Source of the DNA: Utricularia gibba
Taxonomy: Eukaryota; Plantae; Magnoliophyta
Assembly (NCBI GenBank): GCA_002189035.1
Contig: NEEC01000014.1
Location: 2,790,001 to 2,854,000 of the forward strand
Length of the DNA stretch: 64,000 nucleotides
Reading direction: 5' to 3'
How positions within the stretch are numbered: position 1 is the stretch's first letter; each line of letters starts with the position of its first letter. Under the pieces are notes generated by a model, which saw only the letters and a program-made list of their open reading frames with translations, had not been told where the DNA came from and made no database searches. Positions 37,801 through 48,990 of this stretch are shown piece after piece. Position numbers and translations under genes: made by a program.

Positions 37801-38610
37801 TCATGCCATCTCCTTTGCCTCATGCTCAATTCCTTTTGAGTAAACAAATATTTCAAGCTCTTATGATAAGTCAATAGCTTACATTTCACCCTATATAAAT
37901 AGTGCTTCAATAACTTTAATGCAAAAACAACAACCAATAGTTCCAAATAATGAGTTGGATAATTCATTTAATGAGATTTCAACTTCCTAGAGCTATAAGC
38001 TATAACTCTCTCTTATTGCATCAAAACACAACCAAGCTCATCCTTAGATGCATTACTATAAATAATGAAATTGTCATTTATCTTAGGCAGCATGAGGACT
38101 GATGATGTGGTAAGCCTTTGTTTCAAAAGTTTAAAACTCTTTTCACACTGCTTAGACCACATATATTTCACTCCTTTCTTTTTCAATTCGATAAGAGTTA
38201 CTGCGATTTTTGAAAATCCTTCAATAATCTATTGATAATAACTTGCCATGCCCAAGAAACTTTGAGCCTCCTACCTTATACCTTCAGCTGCACTATATGC
38301 CTAAGAAATGAGATACTCGACAACAAAAAATCACAATTTGCTGCAAAAATGTTCTAAGGTGTTGTTCATGCTTAGAATAAATCAAAATATCATCAATGAA
38401 CAACCACAAAGTCATCTAAGCTTCAAACACATGGTTTATTAGATCCATGAATGCAGCAGGGGCGTTTCTTAAGCCAAAAGGGACCATTGTACACTCATAA
38501 TGTCCATTCCTTGTTTTAAATGCTGTTTTTCGAATGTTCTATTCTCTTACCCTCAACAAAACTGATTATAACTCATCTTTCCCAAGCCCTAAAAGTGAGT
38601 CATGACAAGA
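34880..38610 (-). mobile_element. Tekay/Del chromovirus pol remnant (RT, RNase H, integrase, chromodomain)
   Basis: [52 protein letters not shown] and EIPMMKVQLSNHNTEEATW motifs. Confidence 0.88.
35465..36729 (+). mobile_element. Solo LTR, family D, in the Tekay integrase; TSD GTTTC/GTCTC
   Basis: TATTAAGTGTC...GACACGCAACA termini; removing it restores WSEIGE-RHIVGPEM; homologous to 49616-50934. Confidence 0.85.
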
Positions 38611-38619
38611 ACATTTTGA

Positions 38620-41600
38620 GAAGACTATTCATGTGAAAGAAGAAGAGTATGAAGAATCATCTCTTGCAAGGATAGAAGTCGAAATAAGATCAAATCAACT
38701 AAATGATGTGCAGATTAAAAGCGGAAGAGAGAACGGCTATACTGAAACCATTGCCTACGCACTTGAAGTATGCATTATTGGATGATTAAACGAGGAATCT
38801 TGTTATGATCTCTATTAGTCTTAACTTAGATAAAAAATTAAAACTACTTGAGGTATCAAGAACAAGAAAGAAATTGGATGAACCCTAGTGAATATTGAAA
38901 GAATATGTCCTATATACATTCACAAGACACTCTTGGGGGACAGAACCAAAGCTGTTCATTAACCACAAACATGTCTTAACCCAAACATGATGGAAATGGT
39001 AAAAAAGAAAATTATGAAACTTCATGATGCAGAAATTCTTTACTCGATCAAAGATAGTGGGTGGCTCAACCCAATCCACGTGGTACCAAAGAAGATTGAG
39101 ATGACAATAGTGAAAAATGAGAAAGAAGAACTTATGCCACAAAAAGTCCACAATGGGTGACGAATCTGCATTGATTATTAAAAGCTCAATGGAGTGAAAA
39201 AAAAAATCACTATCTTTACCTTTCATTGATCAAATACTCAAAAAATACTACGAAAATCATTTTACTGTTTTTTTGGATGGATATTAGGGATATAATCAAG
39301 TTGCTATCTCAGGGAAAGACTAATACAAGACTACTTTCATTTGTTCATTCAAAACTTACGTCTATAGAATGATTCTTTTTAGATTGTGTAATGTTTCTTT
39401 TACCTTTCAAAGGTGTATGACTAGTATTTTCTCTAATTTTGGTGAGAATTTTATTTAAAATTTTTAGATGATTTTATAGTGTATGAGAAAGATTATAAGT
39501 CATGTTTAGATCATTTGGATAAAGTATTACATAAATATGTTGAGAAGCAACTTGTTCTTAATTCCGGAAAATGTTATTTTATGGTGGATAATGGAGTTGT
39601 TTTTAGTCATGTTATTTCTAGTAGAAGTATTGAAGTAGATAAAGCAAAAATTGAGGTTATAACTTAATTACCATATCCAATAGATGTGAAATGTGTGAGA
39701 TTTTATTTCAAACATGTTGGTTTCTATAAGAGATTTATTTAGAATTTATTTAAAATTGCTTTATTTCTCTATAGTAGACATTTGCATAATGATGTAGATT
39801 TTAATTTTGATGACTCATGTAAAAATGCTTTCGATTTCTTGAAAGAAGCTATAACAATTGTTTGTGTGATGCAACCATCAAACATGAGGTATGATTTTGA
39901 AATTATGTTTGAGTTAGAAACTATGCTGTTAGAGCAGTTTTGGGTTAAAAAATCGAATGGAATCATCATTTTGTTTCATATGCTTCTAAGACACTAGATG
40001 AAGCATAAAAGAGATATACAATGATTTAAAGAGAATTTTTTTTCATTATATTTGCTTTAGAAAAATTTAGGTCTTACCTTCTAGAAAGCAAGGTGATCAT
40101 TTCAACAGATCATTTGATGGTGAATCATTTGATGGAAAACATGGAGTTCATACCGAGGCTTATCATATGAGTTCTTCTTATCCAAGAATTCGATGTCGAG
40201 ATCAGGGATAGACCAAATAAGGAAAACTTGGTGGCTGACCATGTTAATAGGTAAGAAGGGATAAAGAATGATAGTCCTATCACCGAGACATTTCTGGAAA
40301 AACAATTATTCTCAATTAAGATGCATTCGTGAGGCATAGTTCACTGATTTGGCTAATTTTGTTTCCACATTAATACCAACTGCCCCTTCATTGCCCAAAA
40401 AAAAAACAAAGAAAAGAAAAAAAAGAAGAAAAAAAAATGGGTTGACAACCGTGATCTTAAGTGACCTTGGAGGGATCAATTCTATAAGGTATGATCTTCG
40501 AAAACACTCTCCAAGAGGAATCTACTCATACATATTTGTGTGATGAAATGGCACGCGCACTTGCACTTCTATAGCTCATGCACCGAAATTCACTCTCAAT
40601 TTTTATATTCATCACTGATGCTGAAGGAACCAGTTTTCTGCTAGTCTTAGGTAGGACTTGAGGATAAATCTAGTGTCATTGTAGCATATTGTGATAGCAC
40701 ACAAACTTTCCTACTTTTATAATATGAAAATCACAAATTTTTAATTATATTTAGTTGTTAAATTTACAGTTTTAAATATTTTCATTTGATTAGGAAAAAT
40801 ATGATTTTTGGTGTCTTAGTGGGCTAAATCCTTTGATTTAGCCCACCCTATGTCTAACCCGATTTTTGAGTCTAGCAACAACCTGAGAATCAAGGAAGAA
40901 ATCCGGATTTCATGTAAGTCACCATGCTGCAGGGAGCAATGAGTACACTGTCGTGGCGGCAGTCTACAAGTCAGGGCCAAGAGCAGCAGAGTTTTCAGAG
41001 ATTGTCCCTGCTTTAGGAAGTGCAAGACAGAAGAAAAAGACGGAGGAGAGAGAGTCACAAGAGGGGGGCGACCAATAGTTTGCAGAACACACAAGAGGGG
41101 GTTTCTCCCCCAACTCGAACACGAAGAATACTGAACCAGAAGGAGGAGAAGGGCGATTTTTCTGGAGAAGAACCTCCAGCGTGAAGGAAGAAGATCAAGA
41201 CCCAGTCGAACGCTACTGTTCCGGCCTTTGAATAGTAGCAGACGGAAATCAGAACTCTTACTGCTTCATTTTCGCTTGTTTATTTTTTTAGCTTCTGCAA
41301 CCAACTTTAGGGATGTCTTAAGGAGAAGCATGGTGGTATGAGTCTAGGATTCTTAATAAAATTCATCATTGTTTCTTAGGTCTTGTTTCTATTATTCCAT
41401 GGGTAGACCTAAGGAGAGGAACGAGTAGATTCACAACTTAGATGCTTGATTTAGAGGTAGATCAACAAATCAAGACGAAAGCAATAAGTATTAGTCCGGG
41501 GTAGAACCAATAGAACTGGGTAGACCTAGTTCTATATGCCTTGCATGTAGGTAGATCTAATTGCAATGTTGGTGATGATATTGGGGACTAGCTTAGCCGA

Positions 41601-43340
41601 AAATGTGATGAATGGCTTGGGTAGACTTAGGTTATTTGAAGTTATAAGTATAGGGACAATTTTAGCATCACACCATATGCAGACCCTTAAGGCATCTTTG
41701 TATTAATTTGAGTTAGAACCAGTACTTGTTACCTTTAGAGTTGATACCTGATATTGTTTACTGATCTTGCGTACTAAACTTGTTTACCACTGTTGGTCCG
41801 AGCTTAGACTAAGACTCACTGTTATTCTGAATTATGCATCTACTGAAATACTAAGCAAGCAGAAGCTCCTTATGATCGACCCCGACATCCACTATACAAG
41901 TTTTCTAAATTTGTATATCGTGTAGATTAGGGACTATAAATTTATTTGATACGGATTTCTATTTTCATTGCAACGATATTAGGAATTTCCGTTTATCAAT
42001 GATAGAGGTACTCATTTTTATAATCAAGCCTTGAGGAGTGTGCTGAGGTATTTCAATGTTTGTTATAAGTCTTCAACAACTTATTATCCATAAACAAATT
42101 TATAGATGGAAGTATTGAATAGAAAGATTAAGCAGATTCTAAAAAAAATAGTTAACCCAAATAGGAAGGACTAGAGCTTGAGACTAGAGCATATTATCAA
42201 CATCTTTAGAACTCAAGGCTTAGTGGGTTGTGAAGATGTAGAATCAAAATGGTAATCTCAATGCATGTTAGGAAATTACATCTTTTACAAATGGAAGAAT
42301 TGAGGAATGATGTCTACGAAAGCTCAAAGTTATTCAAAGTTAGGATTAAGAATTACCATGATCAACATATTTTCAAATGATCTTTTGAAGTTGGTTTGAA
42401 CGTGTTGCTGTTTCAATCAAGACTAAAGTTGCATGCGAGAAAGCTTAAATCATGTTGGATTAGACTATTTGTGGTGAAGGAAGTTTTTTCAAACAAAACT
42501 ATGGAAACTTATAATGAAGATGCCAATAAAGGATTTAATGTTAATGGGCATGCATTAAAGATCTTCTACGAAAATCATCAAAACAATTTTATTGAAGATG
42601 CTAAAATTATTATCCTGAAGGATACAATAACGACGTAGAGAGAACCAAGATTGAATCCACGACTAAATAAGGATGCTCTTGAGAGATAATCCACAACTAA
42701 GACTCTATTTAGTTTTTATGTTTTTTATTTATTTTAATTTTCTTGCAAGTTAGGATGACTATGGACCAAGCTAAGAGTTATTCTTATTTTGTTTTTTATT
42801 ATTCATGTTAAGAAAAAAATGGGGAAGCTTTAAACAATGTCACCGGTAAAGGAGAAGTTGTGTTGCTTGCTTTTGAGTTTTATAATTAAATGTTAGATTT
42901 TTTCGGATTTACCCTTAAATCTTAGTAAAATTAGGGATAAAATCCTTCCCACATTTGCCTTCTTTCAAATTATTTATCATATTCTTGATGATTGCAGAAA
43001 AAAATTCACAAAACGCCTACAAAGCACCAACATTTTAACATAGGTACTGCAAAACCCAAGCAAGTTGCAGCCACGAGCAACTTAAAGGGGAAAACCAAGG
43101 GGAGAAACCACTATTGTTTCTACCTAGGAACAACATGAAATCTCAAGCATTGTAGAAGAAAAATTGCAAGGGGTGGACGCCATTCTGCATGCAGCAAATC
43201 TGATCAGAATCCTTGCCATGGAAGTAGAGGAACTTTCAGTGGTCAAAGAAGTTAACGACTAAAGATGTCCACTAATGTTTAGGAAATCCTTGAACTCTTT
43301 CTGTTAGTCCTAGTTTGGATTTAAAGATAAATCTAATATT
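38620..43340 (+). mobile_element. Degenerate Athila pol remnant E (RT, RNase H, integrase), interrupted at ~40545-41998
   Basis: [61 protein letters not shown] and FNVNGHALKIF motifs. Confidence 0.85.
40692..41998 (+). mobile_element. Family A 3' LTR preceded by ~150 bp of internal sequence
   Basis: TGATAGCAC...TTTATCA termini; preceded by the same pre-LTR motif as element C; flanks TATTG/ATGAT are not a TSD. Confidence 0.88.
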
Positions 43341-44467
43341 GTTGTATCATAATGTTTCATAAGAAGAAGTTCTCGGGTATTATGAACTGGAGTCTCAACT
43401 TATTTGACTTTTGCAATGTCTCCTACGAGTTTCAATAGTAATGACGAGTGAGAAACTCAAAAAATGACTTATAATTCTTTTTGTATCCCTTGGGCTTTTA
43501 ACCACTCAACAACATCTTTGAGAATAATATAATTCAGAGATATTAATGAAGCACATGGTGGTAAATTTACAATGTATTGCCGACTGTGTTGTGTTTGTAT
43601 TCGTAGGTGAATAGATGCATGTTAGAATAGAATGGTGAGAGTTTGTAAATAAATTATTATAACATTAGAATTATTTAAATAATTTAATTGAATATTAAAA
43701 AAATTATTACAATCACTCTAAGTGTTCTGTAAGCTGAGACCTATGTTTTGAAATTGATATTTCAAATCAAATGGGAATGGAGTTTCGGTCTGAAAATCAG
43801 GGTTTGATTGATTAAATCCGCTTTTGACAAGTCAAATCCAAATTAATAACAAAATATTATAAATTTTAAAAAATATTAAATATTATTATCATATTAATTA
43901 TCAATATTAAATATTAATAACATAATAAATATATTTAATTTTTAATAATACATGCCTTGTGTATTTTCACTCATAGGAATATAAATATTGAAATCTTTTA
44001 TTTAATGAATAAAAAAATCACATTGAAAATTTTTCGCATATACAAAAGATAATATGAAAAAATTGTAATTATTTAGACTACATCAAATGACATAATAATC
44101 AAATTGAAATAACATTTTTGATAAAAATAAAGGAATTTCTCAAGTTATATCCGTAACTCATGGAATCGGAATCATGTCAGTCCTCTAGTAAAATAATAAT
44201 ATTGAATATTATTTGTTAATTATTAAAAAACAGAAGATCTGTGGGTCAGACTTGACTTTCAATTGACCATCTAGAATTAGAAGGGTCAAAGGTTGAATAA
44301 ATTGGATAGGCGTTGACACAAAATGATTTTGACAAATAACAAAATATACTCGTAATTTAAAACAAGAGGAAAATCCTCAAGTCTGAGAACAAAAGGCAAC
44401 CATTTGCAGCAACCAAAAGGAACAACTAGCTGTACAGCACAGGGGCTCCCCTCGCACTGAATGCAGT

Positions 44468-46491
44468 TCAAGCATACAGAGAGGCTGAAGGCCTGGGGTA
44501 CATCGGGGATGTTGACGCCGAGGCCGCCTTTGTTTCGGTGGCGGTGCTCCGGCGTGAGTCAGCAACGTTGCTTGCTTGGCTGCCCTGAAGTTTCTGCTTG
44601 GAGCGACTATTGGACGAGCCTTTTGATTCATGGAGATCCTCCAGGAATTTCACGATCTCGGCCATGCTCGGGCGGCATCTTGGATCCAGTGACAAACACT
44701 GGAGAGCAAGAAGAGATGCCTTGGCAACCACAGGCACCGAATACTGTCCTTCGAGACGGGGATCCACGATGCTGAGAACCCTGCGTTTGCTGGTGAGGTA
44801 TGGCTTCGCCCACTCGACTAGACTGTGTTCGCCCGTTGGACGGTTCTTGTCGATCGCCTTTTTACCAGTTATGATCTCCAAGAGAACAACCCCGAAGCTG
44901 TAGACATCGCTCTTTGCTGTCAAATGCCCTGAGCATAGTCGAGAGTGTCAAGTTAGCGCTCAACCCCTATCTAAGACCAGCTGAACAACATGGGAATGCT
45001 GAAACAGGTATTCATAGCACCTGTGGATAAATACTCGGGAGCTGCGTATCCATATGTTCCCATTACTCGAGTGGAGACATGGCTTTTATCATCAGCTGGC
45101 CCATCTCGAGCCAAACCAAAATCAGAGAGTTTAGCATTGTAGTCCTGCAGATCATTTGGAAGTAAATGGAGATGAACTGAGAACAACAATGATCATCTAA
45201 AATGCAACTGTTTGCAGTTTTCCAGTTAGCACGTACCGAATCTAGCAAGATGTTAGAAGTCTTGAAGTCCCTGTATATCACTTTTGTTTCAGCACTGTGA
45301 AGAAAGGCAAGTCCCTTGGCAGCGCCAACTGCAATTTTTATTCTCAGGCTCCAGTTGAGTGGCTGGAAGTAAGATCCTCCTGATTCACCATAAAAACATG
45401 CCCTGTTAATTCACTTTAGAATGCAGGCGGCTTAGTTGGGAGACATTGAAAGCTTACGCCGGAAGAGATGATTCTCAAGGCTACCCTTTTGCATGTACTC
45501 ATAAACCAACAGTCTATGATCATCCTCTAAGCAGTAACCTATCAGTTTTACGAGATTTGGATGCTGCAACTGCCCAAGATAGTTGATTTCAGCCTGTTTA
45601 TACCAGAGAAGAACGTCAATAAAGCATAGGCATGAAAACATAAAACGAAACTGTCAAAATGCAGCTTAATTTGTTATAGTTCGCTTGATTCAGGGAAACT
45701 ACAGGACATAGAAATAATCTACTACTCCTACGCATGCCACTTCCACATTACAATAACAACAAAGAAGCATTCACGAGCAAAAACAAGTATTGGGCGATAC
45801 TACTCACCAGCCACTCACTGTGCCCCTGCCAACTATCTTGTTTTAGCCGTTTCACAGCTACCACCATATTAGAACCTGGTCTTGAAGGAGCGAGCGAATA
45901 TTCATCTAGCCATCCTTTAAAAACAGACCCAAAACCTCCCTCTCCTATTACACTGTCTGGACGGAAATTCCTGGTGGCTGCCTTGAGATCACCAAAGGTG
46001 AAGCTTTTCACATTGGGAGACTGCAGTATTTCACCTTCACTTCTTGGAGTCGGTGGATAAGACGCATTAGATGCCTTGCTACTTGACTGACTGAGCTGAC
46101 TTCCATCTCCAGTAGCCATTTTAGATGAACTACGACCTGTAAATACGAATTAGAAACAGGAATGAACGTAAGCAGCCACAAATCACTTGCACAACATAGA
46201 ATCAAACAGTACTAGCGCCGGGCATTAGGCCACAATTCACTCAATTCAAGGTAGATTGCATACCAAATTGAAAAATCAGGCCGCAGTGCGAGCCAGGATC
46301 AGATCCTTTTCCAATTATAGAAAACAACGGCGTATCCAATTTTCAGCATAGAACAATAGAAAATCCGGAGAATTCAGACAGCTGAATACAGCAACTTGGA
46401 GTCGACTTTTCTAATGGAAACTAAGTTAAATGAGGGGCGTACCAGGATTCTTAGGGCTCTCCGCAATCCTCTTGCTCAGGCAGATACCCAT
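44468..46491 (-). CDS. PBL11: Receptor-like cytoplasmic kinase, RLCK-VII, PBL9/10/11 (APK1/NAK-like). Exons 46491-46443, 46136-45808, 45593-45458, 45379-45237, 45144-45021, 44928-44468
   Basis: MGICLS acylation motif, [56 protein letters not shown] and C-terminal YPRPSA; intron phases are consistent. The exact paralog is uncertain. Confidence 0.93.
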
Positions 46492-46982
46492 ATCCCAAGC
46501 TGAAACCCTATTAACGCTGAATCAAGGAAACCTGGAACAAGCCCACAAAAGAAAGATCCGCAGTTCCGCTTTGCTTCTCCTTCAAGCACATGCAAACACA
46601 GAAAAAATGGCTATCTCTGCAAGGAAGCAAAACCAAAGAATAAGAGAGCAAAAAATGAGTGGCGGCCCAGATCTAGTCTGAACCCTCAGAGACCAGCATC
46701 TGCGTCACCTACCCGCCAACCTTAGTCTTGTTCGCGAAGCTCAACACGCATCCCAGGAGCAGACACACAAGGGGCGAGCGCAGCCACAAGATGTATGTAG
46801 AATTTTTCCGTGTAATAAAATAATAATAATAAAAAGGTGATTACAGCTTCCCAGAATGTGCGAGGACCTTTCTGCTTGCCCCCCTTGAATTTGACCCCTC
46901 ACGCAATCACCCATCGGGGCTCGGTTTACTTATTTGGTACATATTATTAAAATAAAAAAAGCAACGGCGAGGCCGACTGAGA

Positions 46983-47001
46983 ACACACACACACACACAC
47001 A
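46983..47001. repeat. (AC)9 microsatellite upstream of the kinase gene
   Basis: Read directly from the sequence. Confidence 0.9.
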
Positions 47002-47949
47002 GTCGTTCCCCTCCAGAACCTCAAAAAAGTCTTTGACTTGGAGTCCGTCAGAGAGAGTATTTTGTTGTTAAGAATTGGGGACTCGCAATCGCTACCCAAT
47101 ACCCTTTTCTCGCTCTCATGGTTTGATAATGTTACACAACATTGTTAATTTCTCATTTTCTGAACATTTGTTTGGATAGTAAAATATTTTTTTTACTACA
47201 AGAGTTTTATCTTATTAAAGAGCGCAGATCCTCCCTAATGTGAACACGGAATCTTGTCTTCTCCGGCAGAGCAGTTGTTTTAAGCCCAAATATCCATCCT
47301 TAAGAAGGCGATGATTTTGAGGAGGAGCGACCGGTGTGAAACGTTGACACTGGTTTTGAAGTGTCTTTGACTTCCGGGACTAGGAGGAAGGAAGCAAGCT
47401 GCAAACTGCAAGCGGGCGGGGGGGCCAATGACCACAACCACTACCCACCTTCACTTATAATTACCAACTCCACTCATAAACGCCGCCATGTCGCATGTGT
47501 AGGGCTTGGCTTTCTTGTTTTTTCTTTCACTATTTTATGCGAGCTTACTATAAGTAAAAGAGGTTTTTTTATTGAGGGTTTTTCCAAAAACAGATACATA
47601 AAACATAGTTACACCCATTATTTAAAGACAAGACCCAAAAGCTACTTCCTAATTTTGACCCAAAAATATTTGTTGCCTACTCTATCAATCTAAGCAAATT
47701 GAAGTGAGTCTTGGTTCTCATTTGTCTTGGTGGACTTATCACCTTGGGCCTACATTTAATGATCTAATTGCTCTAGGGATTCACATCTAGCCCTATTTCT
47801 CTTTCAGAGTTCATAGATCAATTCCAACATCAGCTCTTCCTCATTTGGAGGCCTTGTGAGTTGGAGGAGATGACAAGCATCAATGTTCAATACTTCCCTA
47901 TGATACTTTCCCTCTAATCCGACTTCCAGGCCTCCTAGATCCCTTGTCC

Positions 47950-48503
47950 CTTGATAAATTTCGAGTCCCATTTTGGAGCAATGTTCACTGAAGGGTTTCG
48001 AATACAAGAGCTTCATCAGCGGGTCTGCAAGTTGTTCCTCCGACGGTATGTAGGAAAGCTGTATTACTTTCTCATCAACATAATCTCGAATTACATGGAA
48101 TTTGATCTAAATATGCTTCATTCTCTCAAAAGCAACTGGGTTTCTTACCATGCTAATTGTTGATTTATTGTTCACATGAAGGTTTATAGGTTCTCCTGGT
48201 TTCATCCATAGATCTTCCATTATTTTTGTGATCCACATAGCTTGATTTCCAGTAGCAGCCACTGCCATATGCTATGCTTCGACTGTAGACTGTGCAATTA
48301 CCTCCTATTTTTTTTGCTTTTCCAAGAGACAGCACCAGCACCTATCTTGAATTCATAGTTGCTTGTTGATCTCATCTCAGTATCTAAACTTGCATAATCA
48401 CTATCGTAGAAACTTCGATTTTCAGGTTAGTACCAATATTAGGTTGAGTCATGAACCTTGAAAGGTAGGCTATCATAATATTGATGTCTAGAGACAATGC
48501 TAT
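47950..48503 (-). mobile_element. Ty1/copia RT end and RNase H remnant
   Basis: YLSRFMTQP, DSDYAS..GAGAVSWKSKK..AQSTVEA and NKSTISMVRNPVAFERMKHI..EEQLADPLMK motifs. Confidence 0.85.
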
Positions 48504-48990
48504 TGTCAAGGCCCAAATTCACACCTCATGAACTTAAACATTGATACCATGTTCCCAAAGAAGAAACATAAAGTTGTATTATTCTATTAACTTAAACTCA
48601 TAGGGAGATTGGATTAGTTAAGGTAACATTACATAAAAAGAGGTGAAACAAAAAGAAAATGATTCACATAACCATTATACAACATGATGGACAACATATT
48701 AGTTTACCTAACATGACTCCCTACACAAACTTAACACTTTAAGGACTAGTTTTGATGTGAGCTCCACTCCGAACAACCAACCTAGGCCCACAACCAAGAG
48801 GCTTCAAAATGACTAGCAATGAGATCCCTTTCCCTATGACGTGGATCACAGCATCTAATCATGTTTTTTCCATTTGTTTCCTAAAATAATTAAATCAAGA
48901 AGGTCACATAGAGCAAACATGTATCCATTCAAAATAAAGGGTCATTAGAAAAGAAGAATAAGCAATAATATTTGACATATCATGAGTCCA
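48504..48990. mobile_element. LTR fragment, family E (Tekay-like terminus TGTCAAGGCCC), copy 1
   Basis: About 480-bp homology with 54752-55230. Confidence 0.65.

Noticed and set aside
21784-41998. Family A LTRs at 21784 and 40692 as the two ends of one giant element
   Set aside because: Outer flanks CTATA and ATGAT do not match, and the interior belongs to other elements.
46710-46757. CTG-initiated MGCVLS-like alternative N-terminus for the kinase
   Set aside because: The frame hits TAG and donor phases do not fit exon 2; a canonical ATG exon (MGICLS) exists at 46491.
47804-48016. C-terminal extension of the copia RNase H ORF
   Set aside because: Best explained by loss of the stop codon and read-through into the PPT/LTR of a decayed element.
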